This document shows, in pieces, positions 11,773 to 25,228 of a stretch of DNA of 64,000 nucleotides. Position numbers and translations under genes: made by a program. The stretch is from NCBI RefSeq assembly GCF_001194135.2, contig NC_068985.1, forward strand, positions 60,915,790 to 60,979,789. Direction: 5' to 3'. The stretch is from Octopus bimaculoides. Lineage: Eukaryota. The notes under the pieces were generated by a model. That model saw only the letters and a program-made list of their open reading frames with translations, was not told the DNA's origin and searched no databases. Within the stretch, counting starts at the first letter, position 1; every line of letters begins with the position of its first letter.

Positions 11773-11973
11773 TTGTATGTCTGTGTTTGTCCCCCCAACA
11801 TCGCTTGACAACTTAGCGGTTCGGCAAAAGAGACCGATAGAATAAGTACTAGGCTTACAAAGAATAAGTCCTGGGGTCGATTTGCTCGACTAAAGGTGGT
11901 GCTCCAGCATGGCCACAGTCAAATGACTGAAACAAGTAAAAGAGTATAAGGTTGTCTATTTACTTCCATCATG

Positions 11974-11977
<4 letters not shown>
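10700..11977 (+). mobile_element. 5'-deleted Tc1-like DNA transposon, with a SINE inserted near its right end
   Basis: IFPDESRFALF...VMVWGAI...FIKDGAPCH...WLSQSPDMSPIKHLW (catalytic E appears mutated to K); ORF 11081..11458. A probable right TIR (ggttgtctatttacttccatcatgtctg) ends at 11977 before (TA)n. No left TIR seen. Confidence 0.8.
11512..11945 (+). mobile_element. tRNA-derived SINE family B (CORE-like segment, internal TA/TG microsatellite, tail type 1)
   Basis: Head gagtggctgtgtgataag...ggttcagtccc (A/B-box-like), segment caccttgggcaagtgtcttc, 3' end cagtcaaatgactgaaacaagtaaaagagta. High identity to copies at 13088-13463, 30094-30480 and 58016-58370. Confidence 0.85.
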
Positions 11978-12008
<31 letters not shown>

Positions 12009-13057
12009 ATTTAAATAAGAGCCATAACGCAATCCATAGTAAAAACTTGTTTAATAACCTATGCTGCACATATCAATGCAAGATCCCGACTCACTCTTGT
12101 ATAAGATAAGAATATGGGGCCTTGCATCTCTTCAGGGTCAAGTTACATTAATTCACAGCAGACAGCGAACAACAGACAACATTAATAGTTGTCATAAAAT
12201 TACATGTGTATAAACAGGTTGTAACGACATGAACATATTGAAACTGCTTACAATATCGGTTAAGAAAACCATTATATAGTAGAGTAACTAAGTAGAGTTG
12301 TTAACCTAGGATGTTAAGTAGCGACAAGCTGGGGCACATATATACATATATATATATAAATCTTCGAAACACCTAGTTTAGAATAGAGGCAGCTGATGAA
12401 AGATTAATTCCAAGTGGCTATTTGTTTTCCTATGTGTTCGTTCTGTTGTCTGTAGTTCATTTTTCTAACGTCCTGTACCCGAATATGCATCTATATACAC
12501 ATGTAGATGTAAGTATGTACATATATGTGTGCATATATGCTTATATATCCTTTGTATTATATATATATATATGTGCCCCAGCATGGCCACAGCTCATGAG
12601 CTGAAACTAGATAAAATGAAAATATATTCGACATCACTTGAAAACATTTACTTCAAATAGAAAATATAAACATAGTGCAAAGTAGTTATGCTAAAAGGAT
12701 AACCTTTAACATAATCACTCTGCACTATGTTCTCAATTTAAATTAAATGCTTTTTTGAATGATGTCAAATATTTTGTTTTTTCATTTTCTATTTTAATCT
12801 ATATCCACTTACTCAGGGAAAACCACTTCTAGCTACCTTTGACAGGCAATTTCAGCACCACATTTTTCAGTTGAAGCCAGTGTTTTAGTGGTTTATCAAA
12901 CTGAGAACACATCGTACCTGTTACATTGTGTCGATTGACAAAAAATCCTTGTATATTCCTCACTCTCTGTGTATGTGTATGTACACATATATATATGTGA
13001 ATATGTGTAATTACATATGTGTGTGTGTGTGTGTATACATACATATATATCTACATA

Positions 13058-13990
13058 GAGGGTAGTGCAAAAGTAGGCTGATAGTTCTTTTATTCGTTTC
13101 AGTCATTTGACTGCAGTCATGCTGGAGCATCGCCTTTAGTCAAACAAATTGACCCCAGGACTTATTCTTTGTAAGCCTGGTACTTATTTTATCAGTCTCT
13201 TTTGCCAAACCGCTAAGTTATGGGGACGTAAACACACCAACATTGGTTGTCAAGCGATGGTGGGAGGACAAACATATACATACACACACACATGCACATA
13301 TATATGACAGGCTTCTTTCAGTTTCCGTCTACCAAATCCACTCACAAGGCTTTGGTCAGCCAGAGGCTATAGTAGAAGATACTTGTCCAAGGTGATACAC
13401 AGTGGGACTGAACTCAGAACCATGTGGTTGGTAACCAAGCTACTTACCACACAGCCACTCTTGTATATTTTTATTGCAAAAGCAGACTAACAATGGTGAC
13501 AACTACCTTGAAATTTTGGGCAAGGAAGTGGTGCCTGCAATGCAGGCTATGACCAACTTTGATGATGTGTTATTCCAAAAGGATGGGGCACCACCGCATT
13601 AGGCAATTCACATGTGTAATTTCCTCAGTGAAACATTCCCAGGGAGGTGGATTGAGCAACGTGGAAGTATTGAATGGCCACTCTGTTCCCCAGACCTAAC
13701 GCCCATGGATATTTTTTTTCTGGGGCGTTGTGAAAGAGAAGGTATTCCAGAGAAAACCATGCACTCTGCCTCAATTACATGGGCTCATTACAGAGGCCTG
13801 CCTAGAAATCAACACTGACCTGGACCTGTGTTGTCATGTGTGTTGCAGCGTGGATGATAGGCTCCAAGAATGTGTCAATGGTCAGGGCGGACATTTTGAG
13901 CATTATGAGACTAACATTGTACAATGTTTTTTAAAGAAAGAAATAAAATATACAACTATACAACTGTAAGCCTACTTTTGCACCATCCTG
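13058..13990 (+). mobile_element. Internally deleted DD41D (rosa/Visitor-type) Tc1/mariner-superfamily transposon with both TIRs; SINE B nested inside
   Basis: 29-bp imperfect TIRs at 13058-13086 and 13962-13990, TA on the left and TG on the right. Transposase C-terminus FQKDGAPPH*...WPLCSPDLTPMD has 41 residues between the last two Asp (counted). Confidence 0.8.
13088..13463 (-). mobile_element. SINE family B copy
   Basis: Reverse complement of the 11512-11945 family, near full length. Confidence 0.85.
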
Positions 13991-16542
13991 TGTATATTTA
14001 GTTACTCTAGCAGAAATAACAGCCAAAGCTCTCTCAAATTACATCCTAATGGATAAAAATATAGAGGATGCATTGAATAATGTAGCCCTAAGACTTTCAT
14101 AGGTCTGCTGTATCAAGGCTGACCCAGGTCTAAACAACAACATCAGTATCTTCAGGTATGTCATTTAGTAAGGGGCTTGTCAGCAGACAGACAGGCCTGA
14201 TCCTGTCAAACTGTCCAATCCAGTCTGACATTTGAACCCCTCATAAAGAGATTCACTACTTGTACAGTAACATTATTAAGTCAGCAATCACAATTTTTCA
14301 CCTGCACAGGTATGGTGAAAAGCTGGTTTTCTTGTAATGAAGTTCCTTGTGTCAGAAACCTGAATAAGAGGATAGTCTGTGTTTACAGACAGGTGTGGTC
14401 AGAAGCCAGGTGAAGTTACAGGTAGTGATCATTGTTCAGGTAAGCTCTTCAAAAGCCATAACATCTTCCAACAAGAGAAAGTTGATAATCTGGTTTGGTG
14501 GTTGTTGTTCAAACCAGGATTAGCCTTGTTCAAACAGACATACAATCAAAAGTTTTCCAGCTGTGACCACCTAACTTTCTTCTAGATACAGTATATCTAG
14601 GACAACAATTATACAATGTGTCCTTCCTGTTTTCTTTTTTTTTATGTAAATCAGGGTGTTGTGATTTGAGACGGGGGTGTATTGGCTGCTACTTCTAGTA
14701 AGTCAAGTGACCATGTAGAAGCTTCACTGTTTGCATGTTGATAGTTTGGTTGTTGTTTAGTCCTAGGTGAACTCTATGACCAAACACATTCAGATTATAA
14801 CTCATATATTTCTGTCTAATGTCTAATGTGTTCTTGTTTTAATAATAATTAGATTTTATTTAAGGAAATTTGGTTGTTATTTCTAGATGCTCCCATATTG
14901 GGCTGACTAAAAGCAATGAGGAATGCAGTAACAAGATGGTAGTAGTCGTAGATTTAACAAATTGTTTCTTCATTAATAGATATTCATGAGGTAGGGTAGA
15001 AACTGAAGTATATGAGAGCAAAGATACTGACGTAACACACACACACACATATACACTGCATAGATATGATGTAACATAAACTACAGGATGGGCAGATAAA
15101 CAATTTATGTGTGTGCACACATGTATGTATCTACCTTATGTATAACTATCTACGAGTGTATGTGTGTGTGCACATGTGTCTCACACACACATAAGAATAT
15201 AGGTAGTTCAGAGTGCTTCTTTGTTAAGTTATCTTAAAACTGGAGCCAAGATCAAAACAAACATTTATTTAGAACTGAGATAAGCCAGAGAACTAAGATG
15301 ATATTGTTTGACTTAGTAATAACACAATTTACAAGTCACCTTCTAACTCGCTTTTGCTGGAGAAATAAAGTCCATGTGCTTTCATAAAGCCTGTAATTTT
15401 TAATACATTTGGGGCTTACTACACACTGTAACACCTGCAATAGATTATCAGTAATTACAATTTGAGCATCAACCTTAGGTAAACAACAGTTGTTTGACCT
15501 TAAAATTGCCTGTGGTTACAACAGATTAAACAGCTAAGTTTTAGGTGTAGGCGAAGGAAACTAGAAACTAATTAAAAATTTTAACTGTTTTGTATGGTGA
15601 CCAATCCCACACTCTTATTTTATGGTGTAGAATAATTTCATACTTCGGATTCTACATAATTTCTTACATAATCACAAGGCCAGAAATTTGAGGGAGAAGG
15701 AACAGTTGATGAGATCAACCCTAGTATTTGACTGGTACTTTATTTCATTGATCATAGAAGAATGAAAGGCAAAGTTAACCTCAGCAGAATTTGAACTCAG
15801 AACATAAAGGCCTGTGAATAAATACTGCAATGCCCAAATGATTCCTCCACCCTAATGAATTCCACATAACAGCAAAATGCACATCACAATCAATGAAGAA
15901 GACAGAATAACAACTTCAGCAGACCATGATCTAAATGATGTGAGTGACAGGTAGATCAATCAAGAAACAGAACCATTAACAATCATGATGGCAGTATGAG
16001 ATAATTGATGAAAGATAGAATGACAACTATAACAAAATTGGATATAAATGGAGCAATTAACAGGTAGATACATAAAACTATTGAACCAACCAATGAATAA
16101 GTGATAAAAAAATAAACATATTTGAAAAGAAATAAAATACAGCTTGGGAAAATGGGGTTTGATTATGCATTAGATAATCTATCTAGGTTGTCCCACAGGA
16201 CACCCCTGTTAGATAAGCAAAGACAAAATGACCAGTAAATTGGGCAAGGGAAATGTTATTCAGTAAAACAAGAACAATCAAGGAATTAACAAATGAATCA
16301 ATGACAATTGTAGGCAACACTAATAAAATAACATTAGAAAGCAGTAATGAAAATTATAGACAAAAAAATGAACCATCTTTCATGTATGTAAATAAACCCA
16401 GCCAAAATATTGAAAGAAAACATTCTTAACAGATGACTGCAGTGGTGTAAAACACAAGTCATAAGAAAAAGTCAATGTACATAAACAGATACTCTATACC
16501 ATGAATTGAGTACTAACTTCCTTTTCCCCTGACAAACTGTGA

Positions 16543-16594
<52 letters not shown>

Positions 16595-17269
16595 GTGGGG
16601 GAAGTTTTGCCCAAGCAGTGTCAATACAAAGACAAGCAGTAACAAAGAAACACACACATACATGCATAATGGTTTTCTGTAGATATCCCATTTACCAAAT
16701 TTCATTCACAAGGCATTGATCAACTCTAGACTATAGTAAAAAGCATGCTCAAGGTGTCGCACAATGGGATTGAATCTGAAATCACATGGTTGCAGAGTGA
16801 ACTTGTTTAACCACACAGCCACACCTGCCCTTTTGTCAATCACAGAAATAATGATGTGCCGCATGCTCATGACACATTATTATCACACACACACACAAAC
16901 TTTAGAGATGTGATGTACTTTGTTTAATGTGTATATTGTGAAAAAGAACCTCTATGTGATTTTTCGGCCTGCTAGAAATAGCAGTTAAATCTTTATATTA
17001 TACCCTACCATCCTGGAAAGAAAAAGACTTATTGGATTATATAGTCATAGATACACAACTCCTGAGAAAACAACTGGATGGACAAGGCTAGAATGCCACT
17101 GATAGTAGATTTAGCAGAATCAAAACCAACCTAGGGCAAAAGAGCAACAACATTTATTATATATATTATAAAGTTAATTACTGTAGACCTCAATTTGGTA
17201 TAGTTCATATCAGAGTTTCAACTGAATTTTATCTGAGACACATGCATGTATATGTAATTTTTATCCATT

Positions 17270-18650
17270 AAGGATATGAAAACAGGGAAAGCCCCATGGC
17301 CCATCTGGAATCAATGCTGAGATGCTTAAAATATCTGGCAGTGTGGGTTATGTAAATCAGGTGGTTTATGAAGGAGTCATACCCAATAACTGGTGTAGTA
17401 GCACCATAGTCAACTGTTACAAAGGTAAAGGTGATACCTTAGAAATAATTACAGAGGTATCAAATTGTTGGATCCGGCGATGAAAGTTACAGAGAGGGTC
17501 GTAGCCCAATTCTGGAGAGAGTTAGTCTAGATGAGATGCAGTTTGGTTTTGTGTCAAGGAGAAGCACCACTGATGCAATATTTCTGGTAAGGCAGCTGCA
17601 GGAGAAATACATAGTCAAGGATAAACCTTTGTACTTAGCTTTTGTTGATTTGGAGAAAGCCTTTGACAGGGTCCCCTGATTGCTGATCTGGTGATCAATG
17701 CAGAAACTAGGAACAGACGAGTGGCTGATGAGAGTTGTACAAGCCATGTACAGAGATACTACCAGTAAGCAACAAAGAGCCTTTCTCTCAGAGTGAAAGG
17801 CAGATTGTATGATGCCTGTGTGCAAACAGCTATGCTACATGGCAGTGAAACATGGGCTGTGACGGCTGAGATCATGCGTAGGCTTGAAAGAAATGAAGCC
17901 AGTATGCTTTGCTGGATGTGCAATGTTAGTGTGCATGTACGACAGAATGTAAGCATCTTGAGAGAAAAGTTAGGCATAAGTGGAATCAGATGTGGTATGC
18001 AAGAGAGACGACTGCACTGATATGGTCATGTGATGCATATGGACAAGGACAGCTGTGAAAAGAAATTTCGATCTCTAACTGTGGAAGGAACCTGTGGTAG
18101 AGGTAGATCCAGGAAGACATGGGACGAGCACAATCTTTGAATTTTGGGCCTCACAGAGGCAATGATTAGTGACCGAGACCTTTGGCGATACGCTGTGCTT
18201 GAGAAGATCCGTCAAACCAAGTGAAATTGTAGTCATAGCTGATGCTGGTGTCATGTAACTGGTACCCATGCTGGTAGCATGTAAAAATCACCTTTTGAGT
18301 GTTGGGCCTCACAGAGGGAAAGTGGCCAATGCCGGTGGCACATGAAAAGCTCTTTCGAGTGTTGGGCCTCATGGAGGCAATGACTGAGACCATTGGCATT
18401 ATGTCATGCTTGAGAAGAAGACCCATCAAGCCAAGTAAAATCACAGTCATGGAAGATACCGGTGTCATGGAAATGGTACATAAAAGCACCCATTAGACTC
18501 TCAGAATGGTTGGCATTAGGAAGTGCATCCAGCCATAGAAACCACACCAAATCAGACTGGGGGCTGGTGCAGCCTTCCAGCTTGCTAGCCCTGGTCAAAC
18601 CATCCAACCCATGCCAGTATAGACAATGGATGTTAAATGATGACAATAAT
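17270..18650 (+). mobile_element. RTE-type LINE fragment with an internal deletion, 3' UTR and GAT-type tail
   Basis: RT segment (LDEMQFGFVSRRSTTDAIFLVRQLQEKYIVKDKPLYLAFVDLEKAFDRVP) is fused at ~17769 to ...LRVKGRLYDACVQTAMLHGSETWAVT. Ends ggatgttaaatgatgac. Confidence 0.85.
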
Positions 18651-21577
18651 GGCTGTTGTTAAATCATGATAGACAATGACAATAACAACAGATTTACAGC
18701 TTTTCTCTGTAGCTGTGTTTACCAGAAGACCAAGGATCACCATTGTGTAATACCGGCAAGGGTTCCAGTCGGTATGATTAACAGAACAGCCTGCACATGA
18801 AATTAACATGCAAGTGGCTGAACACTCCACATCCACGTGTACCCTTAATGTAGTTCTTGGGGAGATTCAGCATGACACAATGTGACAAGGCCGGTCCTTT
18901 GAAATACAGGTACTATTCATTTTTGCCAGTTGAGTGGACAGGAGCAATGTGAAATAAAGTGACTTGCACAGGGACAAAATTTGCCACTGGGAACTGAACT
19001 CATGACCTTACTATCACGAGCCAAACTACTAAGCCATATGGGATATGTGACAGCATGGATAATGATGAAGGTGGAGTGATGGTGAATGAGTTAGTGGTAG
19101 TGGTGAAAGTGATGGCTTTTGGATGGTGATAGTATTGGTGATAGTGGTGGTGATGGTATTGATGGTGGCGGTAACAGCTGTTTGGCAACAGTAATAATGA
19201 GTTTCTCCTTACATCTCTCATTTTCATGACTTAAATAAACAAGTCAATAATTCCAACTGAACCATTACAAATACCAGGAAGATATATCAAATTATCTCCT
19301 ACAATTATTCCTTATTATCATGGGTAGAAATGTGTTGAGGTCAATGATGATTGCCTGCCGAATTTAACATCTATGAAGCAGCACAAGATTATGTAGGTCA
19401 ATCTAAGATCCACGAGTCCTATTGCCAACCAAGTAGAAGATGGATGTCAGCTACTCTGCATTGCTTTATACACACATGCTTACAGTTGAGATGTTTGGTT
19501 AGTGATGTATCAAAAATTTGATCTTCATTACAGATGATATGTCTCTAAATATGTTGATTATTATTCAACCATTTGTTCTGCCACTAAATGTGCATGAATT
19601 TTCCTCAGACATTTCTGGTGATATATTTCTAACATCTAGAGATGTCAACTTATAACTAGTCCAGGTTTCTGAGCTATACAGGAGTTACAACAACAGCTGT
19701 TGTACGACTACATTAAATAGTAAAGAAGAAAAGTGTAAACAGTTCTGTAGAAACATTAAATATTCTGTAGGCTGTTCATATAGAATTTTCTATTCTTGAT
19801 AAGTGAGAAACATTGTCATTCATAAAAAACAGATCTTCTCACATGCAAAGGTGAGGAGTGGTGTTATGTGAACATCAGGCTTTTCTGGAATGGTTTAACA
19901 ATCTTTGAAAAGAAGAAAAAACAACTACATCTGGGAATGAAACTGGGTTTTGGACTCTGCTGGTCAAGATCTTACTATTATTTTCCTGAGTTCATCAAAT
20001 AATGATCACTAATACAGGAACATAACCCCAGCTTTATGATTTACAAAGGAGTTACAATAGGAGTTGTGATACCCTCAAAAAGCCCCCTTGTGTTGAAAGC
20101 GGGTCTCTATGATATTAAGATTGACTCTAAGGATCTCTGCTATCAGGATGGCTTCTCATTTTGCCTCTCATCCTGTCTCAGTCAATAAAGTAGATGGTTG
20201 GGCCAAAGTAGTTGATATTAACTTAGAAAGTGTTGTCCGGCATGGCTACAGTCTATGAAACCAGTAAAACAATTTAATAAGTGTAATCTTAGTCTCATAA
20301 ACAAAGGTATCCTAAATGTATAACATTGTCATGACTATCTTAGATCAGTAAATAAGCTCTGCAAATAACAAATACTCAGTCCTCCACTACATAACCCTAA
20401 CAGGTCAATAAGTAGTATTCCTACAGAGAGATCACAATACTTACTGTATATTTTTGCACCCAACTCTACATTGCACACACTAAGCAAATCTTCCCCCAAA
20501 CTGTTCATTTTGGCTCCAACAAACTCATTACTGTGCTCACAAGAAAATTCCTATCAGATATTAAGCCTTCTGATAGGCAATTCCACTAAAGATACCCAAA
20601 GGAGTGGGGGTATTAAACCTGGTGATAGATTAAATCTGATACCAAAGAACAGGAATGGTGGTACCTTCTGAAAGCTTCCAAACAGTTTCTCTTTACCAAA
20701 CTCTACTTACAAATGGGTCCAATCAAATCAGCAATAGAAAACTGAACCCTAAACTACAGTGTTGTGAAGTGAACTCAACAACACAGCCATGAATGTGATT
20801 CTTCACTGGTTAGTAATTACTTGGATACCCACAATGACATACATTGTCATCATTGCTCAGATGGTAGCCATGCTGATCTCTCAGATTGTGGCCATATTGA
20901 TCTATTGCCCTATATGGCCCACCTAATATTATCTAAATCAAACCCCAAAATAGTAACCAAATCACACTCATACTATTTTTAAAATGAAGTAACAATAAAC
21001 AAGGTAATCCACAGACCCTGAAAGAAAGATAAACACAGCTGAAAACAATAAGGGTTACCGACAACAACAAAAATCAGTAACAATCAAATTACTTATTAAT
21101 AAATTAACTGAAAGTATTTTCAGTTGAAAAAAATGATTTAGAATGACAAACCTAGCACTGATTCAGGATAACAGAAAGAAATATTGCAAATAGAAGATTA
21201 AGTGTATGGAGTGAAGAAGGAAATGTAGTGAGATGATATAATAAGAGAAACAGTGAAGTAGGAGGGAGTGTAGTGATGAGAGAATGGTGGTAACAGTGTA
21301 GATTGTAATAAATATGTATGATCTATTAACATCCTTAAAGAAAGAAGAAATTGATGATACTTAACTATTTCCGTGGGGAAATGTTCCAGAAAGATATCTG
21401 ACCAGACAGATGGCATATTTTCACCTCCCTTGTTTCACAGTTACACAACAAATACACTAACTACTTTACTTTGTGCATGCAAGCACTACATGCTATGTAT
21501 TTAAATATGTATGTGTTTATGTGTGTGTGTGCAGGTGGTTGCATGTATACAGATATGTTCACATATACACAGGCAAT

Positions 21578-21620
<43 letters not shown>

Positions 21621-23115
21621 AACACTTGCTCTTCCAACCAACCCCAAATCAGGGTCCAACCATCTGGATGAAAGGAACAAAAGCAGATTTATACAAGATT
21701 TGATGGGAAGTGAGAAATTGTGAGCAGATGTCAACTTAAAGTGACTGGAGGGGGTGTCATTAGAAGATACGAACAGCAAAGAAGATTAGCAGTGGTGTGG
21801 TAGGGAGAAAGAAGATAGAAACGCCTTGTTGTATTTACTTACAAAAATACTGAGTTCAAATCATGCTGAAGTCAACATTACCTTTCATCCTATGGATGGA
21901 TGGAAGAGAGGAAGGAAATCAGTAAGATAAAAAAGAAACACCAAAAGTGTCCATCTTGTGCCAATGATAGAAATCACATAAAGACAAATGAAGGTAGAAA
22001 TACCAGCACCAAAAGTTTCTGGCCCCTACATTCCAAGTTTAAATCCTGTCAAGGTCAATTTTGTGCTCTATCATTCCTGGGATGATTATGATGTGTGTGT
22101 GTGTGTGTGTGAAATTAATAGAAGAGACAACAGGAATATTGGAAGGGCAGGACAGTTGTACTCCTCTATGCTCTTAGCTTAAATTTCACCAGGGCTGACT
22201 CTACCTTTCATTATTCAATGGTTAATAAGATAAGTAGTACTGTAGGACTGGGCTTGTTTTAATTGACAGCTCCTGTCCATTATATTTGTGCCTACATTAG
22301 AAATTATTATTGCTACCCTCATATATCTCACATACACACATATACAAACTCCACGCTTATTTCAAATACTCTACAAGTGTTAAACTAACACCATGTTCAT
22401 TGTACTTTGTTCTTCTTTTGTGGTTCAGTTATCCAACCCATGCTAGCATGGAACATGGGTGTTAAATGATGACACTGATGATAATTTTATGCCCACTTTC
22501 CATGCTTTTGGTTGGATGGAACATCAGTTCACATCCTTTCTCATTGGAAGCTACTGCTGTCATACTTGAACGCATCACTTGGCTTGGTTTCTAAGAGTCA
22601 ATAGTCTTCACATCACCAACCATTTTACAGTGTGCATTGTGTGCATTTTCTCAAGACACCAGCACCAGAAAGGATGATAAATCTTAGGAGAAACAAGACT
22701 AATGGGACTGCCCAACCCTATACTTTCTCTGTTTATTCACTTAAACAGTGGGTACTGGGTACACCAAGTCCTCAGTAAGCTATGACTAAAAGGACCTCTC
22801 AACCCTAATTCCCCACCTCTGCCACACACACAAAGTGCAAGGCTAAGAGGATAGATTAATTTTATTGAGGGTTTGACACTACCATATTGCTGATGTCATG
22901 AAAAAAATACATTCTGTAAAGTGGTTGGTGTTAGAAAGGGCACCCAGCAAGCTAGAATGCAAAGTCATGAGTGAAATGTGACCCTCCAATCCTTGAGGTG
23001 AGTAGCACCTCTAAATATGTGCTGATGCCATCTGTAGCAACCCATTCTATGCATGCCAGCATGGAAAGTAAATATATGATGATGATGATACATGTGTGTG
23101 TATGTGTGTATGCGT

Positions 23116-23150
<35 letters not shown>

Positions 23151-23856
23151 GCATCAAACAGGTTTCATTGCCCAATTTGTTTTCTAATTATTCATGAAAA
23201 CTCACTTTTACAAAGAACATTTATCACTTAAGAAAAAAATAAGTAAAAAAGGGAATAAAAAAAGCCTTTCAATATTTTAATTAATTAAAAACCAACTATT
23301 TTCTTTTTTTCTATGTCTTTCTCTTTTTACATTTTTTCTAACATATTTTATTTTTCTCCTGAAATATTTGAAGGAAACAAAATTTAACAAGTAGAAATTA
23401 TTTCAAAGGATTTCTTTCTGTAAGGCAAGATTGATGAGATTAAGGTTGTTAGTGGTGTTGCAGACACAACAGATTTTAAGAGAGAGAATATGTTGGCCTC
23501 TAGGGTATACATATGTACACACACACACACACACACATATATATGAAATCTGTCAAGTTGATGACATACATATATTTACAGAGACAATAAGTAGTAGCAG
23601 CAGTAAACTATATGTAATGGCTTTTGTAGTTAAAAAAACAGTAATTGTGTAAAAATGCTAATTGTTGTTAATGAGTTTACAAAAAAATTTATAAAAAAAA
23701 AGAGAAAACTAAATATTTTTATCTTGGACAGTTTGAAAAAATGTTTCATTTGTTTAAATAAACAAATTGTGTGTGTGTGTGTGTGTGTGTTCATGATATG
23801 TTATATAGCACTGAACTTAAAAGTGTCTGTTGCTACTGTTGTGAATAAACAAGAAT

Positions 23857-24240
23857 AATAACCCTTCTAATAGAGATACAAGGCCAAAAATCTTGAGGGA
23901 TTATGTTTAGTTGATACTATTCATCCCAGGTACTTGAATGGTACTTTATTTTATCAACTCCAAAATGATGAAAGGCAAAGCTGACATTGGCACAATTTGA
24001 ACTTAAAACATAGAGCTGCAAAAAATACAGCAAAATATTTTTTCAAATAATATAACCATTCTGCCAAATAATAATGATTTCAAATTCTGGAACAAGGCCA
24101 GGAATGGTTAAGCTAATTACATAGACCCCAGTGTTCAACTGGTACTTATTTTATTGACCTTGAAAGGATGAAAAGCAAAGTTGACCTTGACGAAATTTGA
24201 ACCCAGAATGTAAAAAGTCAGAAGAAAAGCCACTGAGGCT
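23857..24240 (-). mobile_element. Tandem SINE family A copies (decayed)
   Basis: Two reverse-oriented copies of ccccag..actggtactt..aaaggcaaag..atttgaac joined by taataat. Confidence 0.65.
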
Positions 24241-24254
24241 TTTCACATTCTGGG

Positions 24255-24480
24255 TTCAATAATGACACAGATACGAAAATGTGTTTTTCATATAGTGGCA
24301 ATTATGCTAGCACTATAAAAAAGAAATACTAACAGACAAGAGAGGATAGAGACATACACCAGAAAAGGTCTCAGAGAATGGTAAAGTAATCATATTCTGG
24401 ACTATATCAATACACACAAACAGGGGATTGAAAATTGATAACTTTTAACATTAATTTGGTTTGAAGTGGTTGTATCTAGG
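24255..24480 (+). mobile_element. Decayed R4/Dong-like non-LTR fragment (region preceding the restriction-like endonuclease)
   Basis: Frames read I*WQLC*HY and RHTPEKVSENGKVIIFWTISIHTNRGLK, similar to the HW.LC...P..V.EN...ILWDF.I motif order of the 59.4-60.4 kb element. Confidence 0.5.
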
Positions 24481-25171
24481 ATATTGTCAGACTTTCCAAA
24501 CTAACCCAGCACCACAAGTTCATGATTCCCTTCTTCTTTAGTTATACACTACCTCTCACTTCTTAAAGAGATGAACTGCATTTCCTATGGTACATGTTTT
24601 ACAATATTTTATACTGATCCAATGAGGGCCACCATTGCAGAAGACATAGAAGGGTATCAGATAAAATTCAAAATTATCAACCTGAAGCCTCAACAGACTA
24701 GAAGACAAAACTTTTATAAATCCCAATATTTGGCTTTCCCAACTAGGCACTATGTCTATATTTTACTGTATCTCTTGGTTTTAAGAATAAGTATACCATA
24801 TCACATAGGTATACCATGTCATAAAAGGTGACTAAAAAGGTTGGAGAGAGAAAGGGCAACCAGCTATAAATGCCTGCCTTAAAAAGCCTCATCTAGCCTA
24901 TAACAGTTTGAAGAAGCAAATGTAAAACTATAAAATGACGACATGAAATGATGAGAAAAGTTGAACTCAACACTCTCAGATTTTAGGTATTCCTCACTGC
25001 CAATATATTGGTTGATACACTTGTCCCACTCCTCACCACCACAAAGGTAGCAGGCCTCAATAATTGGTAAAGACCAACCATGAAAATTAGGGTACAATAC
25101 TCTGATTATTAGAACTAAATTAAAACAAAATACAATAAGAGGTTGTTAATTAAAGATTAAGAGTATCTTAC

Positions 25172-25228
25172 CTTCTCAGATTCTGGTAATCCAGTTAAGG
25201 TATAAGATATTGCGAGAGGGAGAGACAT
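25172..25228 (-). CDS. Candidate alternative start exon (MSLPLAISYTLTGLPESEK) that could splice in phase 0 to exon 1893-2018
   Basis: ATG at 25228, 19 open codons as read, strong donor AAG|gtaaga at 25172/25171. A possible upstream acceptor tttccag| lies at 25389/25388. No transcript evidence. Confidence 0.4.

Noticed and set aside
12365-12420. Third hammerhead (CTGATGA at 12393-12399)
   Set aside because: No stem II followed by GAAA downstream, and the upstream gaaac gives no convincing stems.
12813-12910. Extra PHLDB exon ending at the gtaagt donor (12812)
   Set aside because: All three frames contain stops between the nearest acceptor and the donor; it could only be non-coding, and nothing supports that.
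19260-20470. Possible decayed LINE in a repeat-poor stretch
   Set aside because: Only vague motif resemblance; not supportable by eye.
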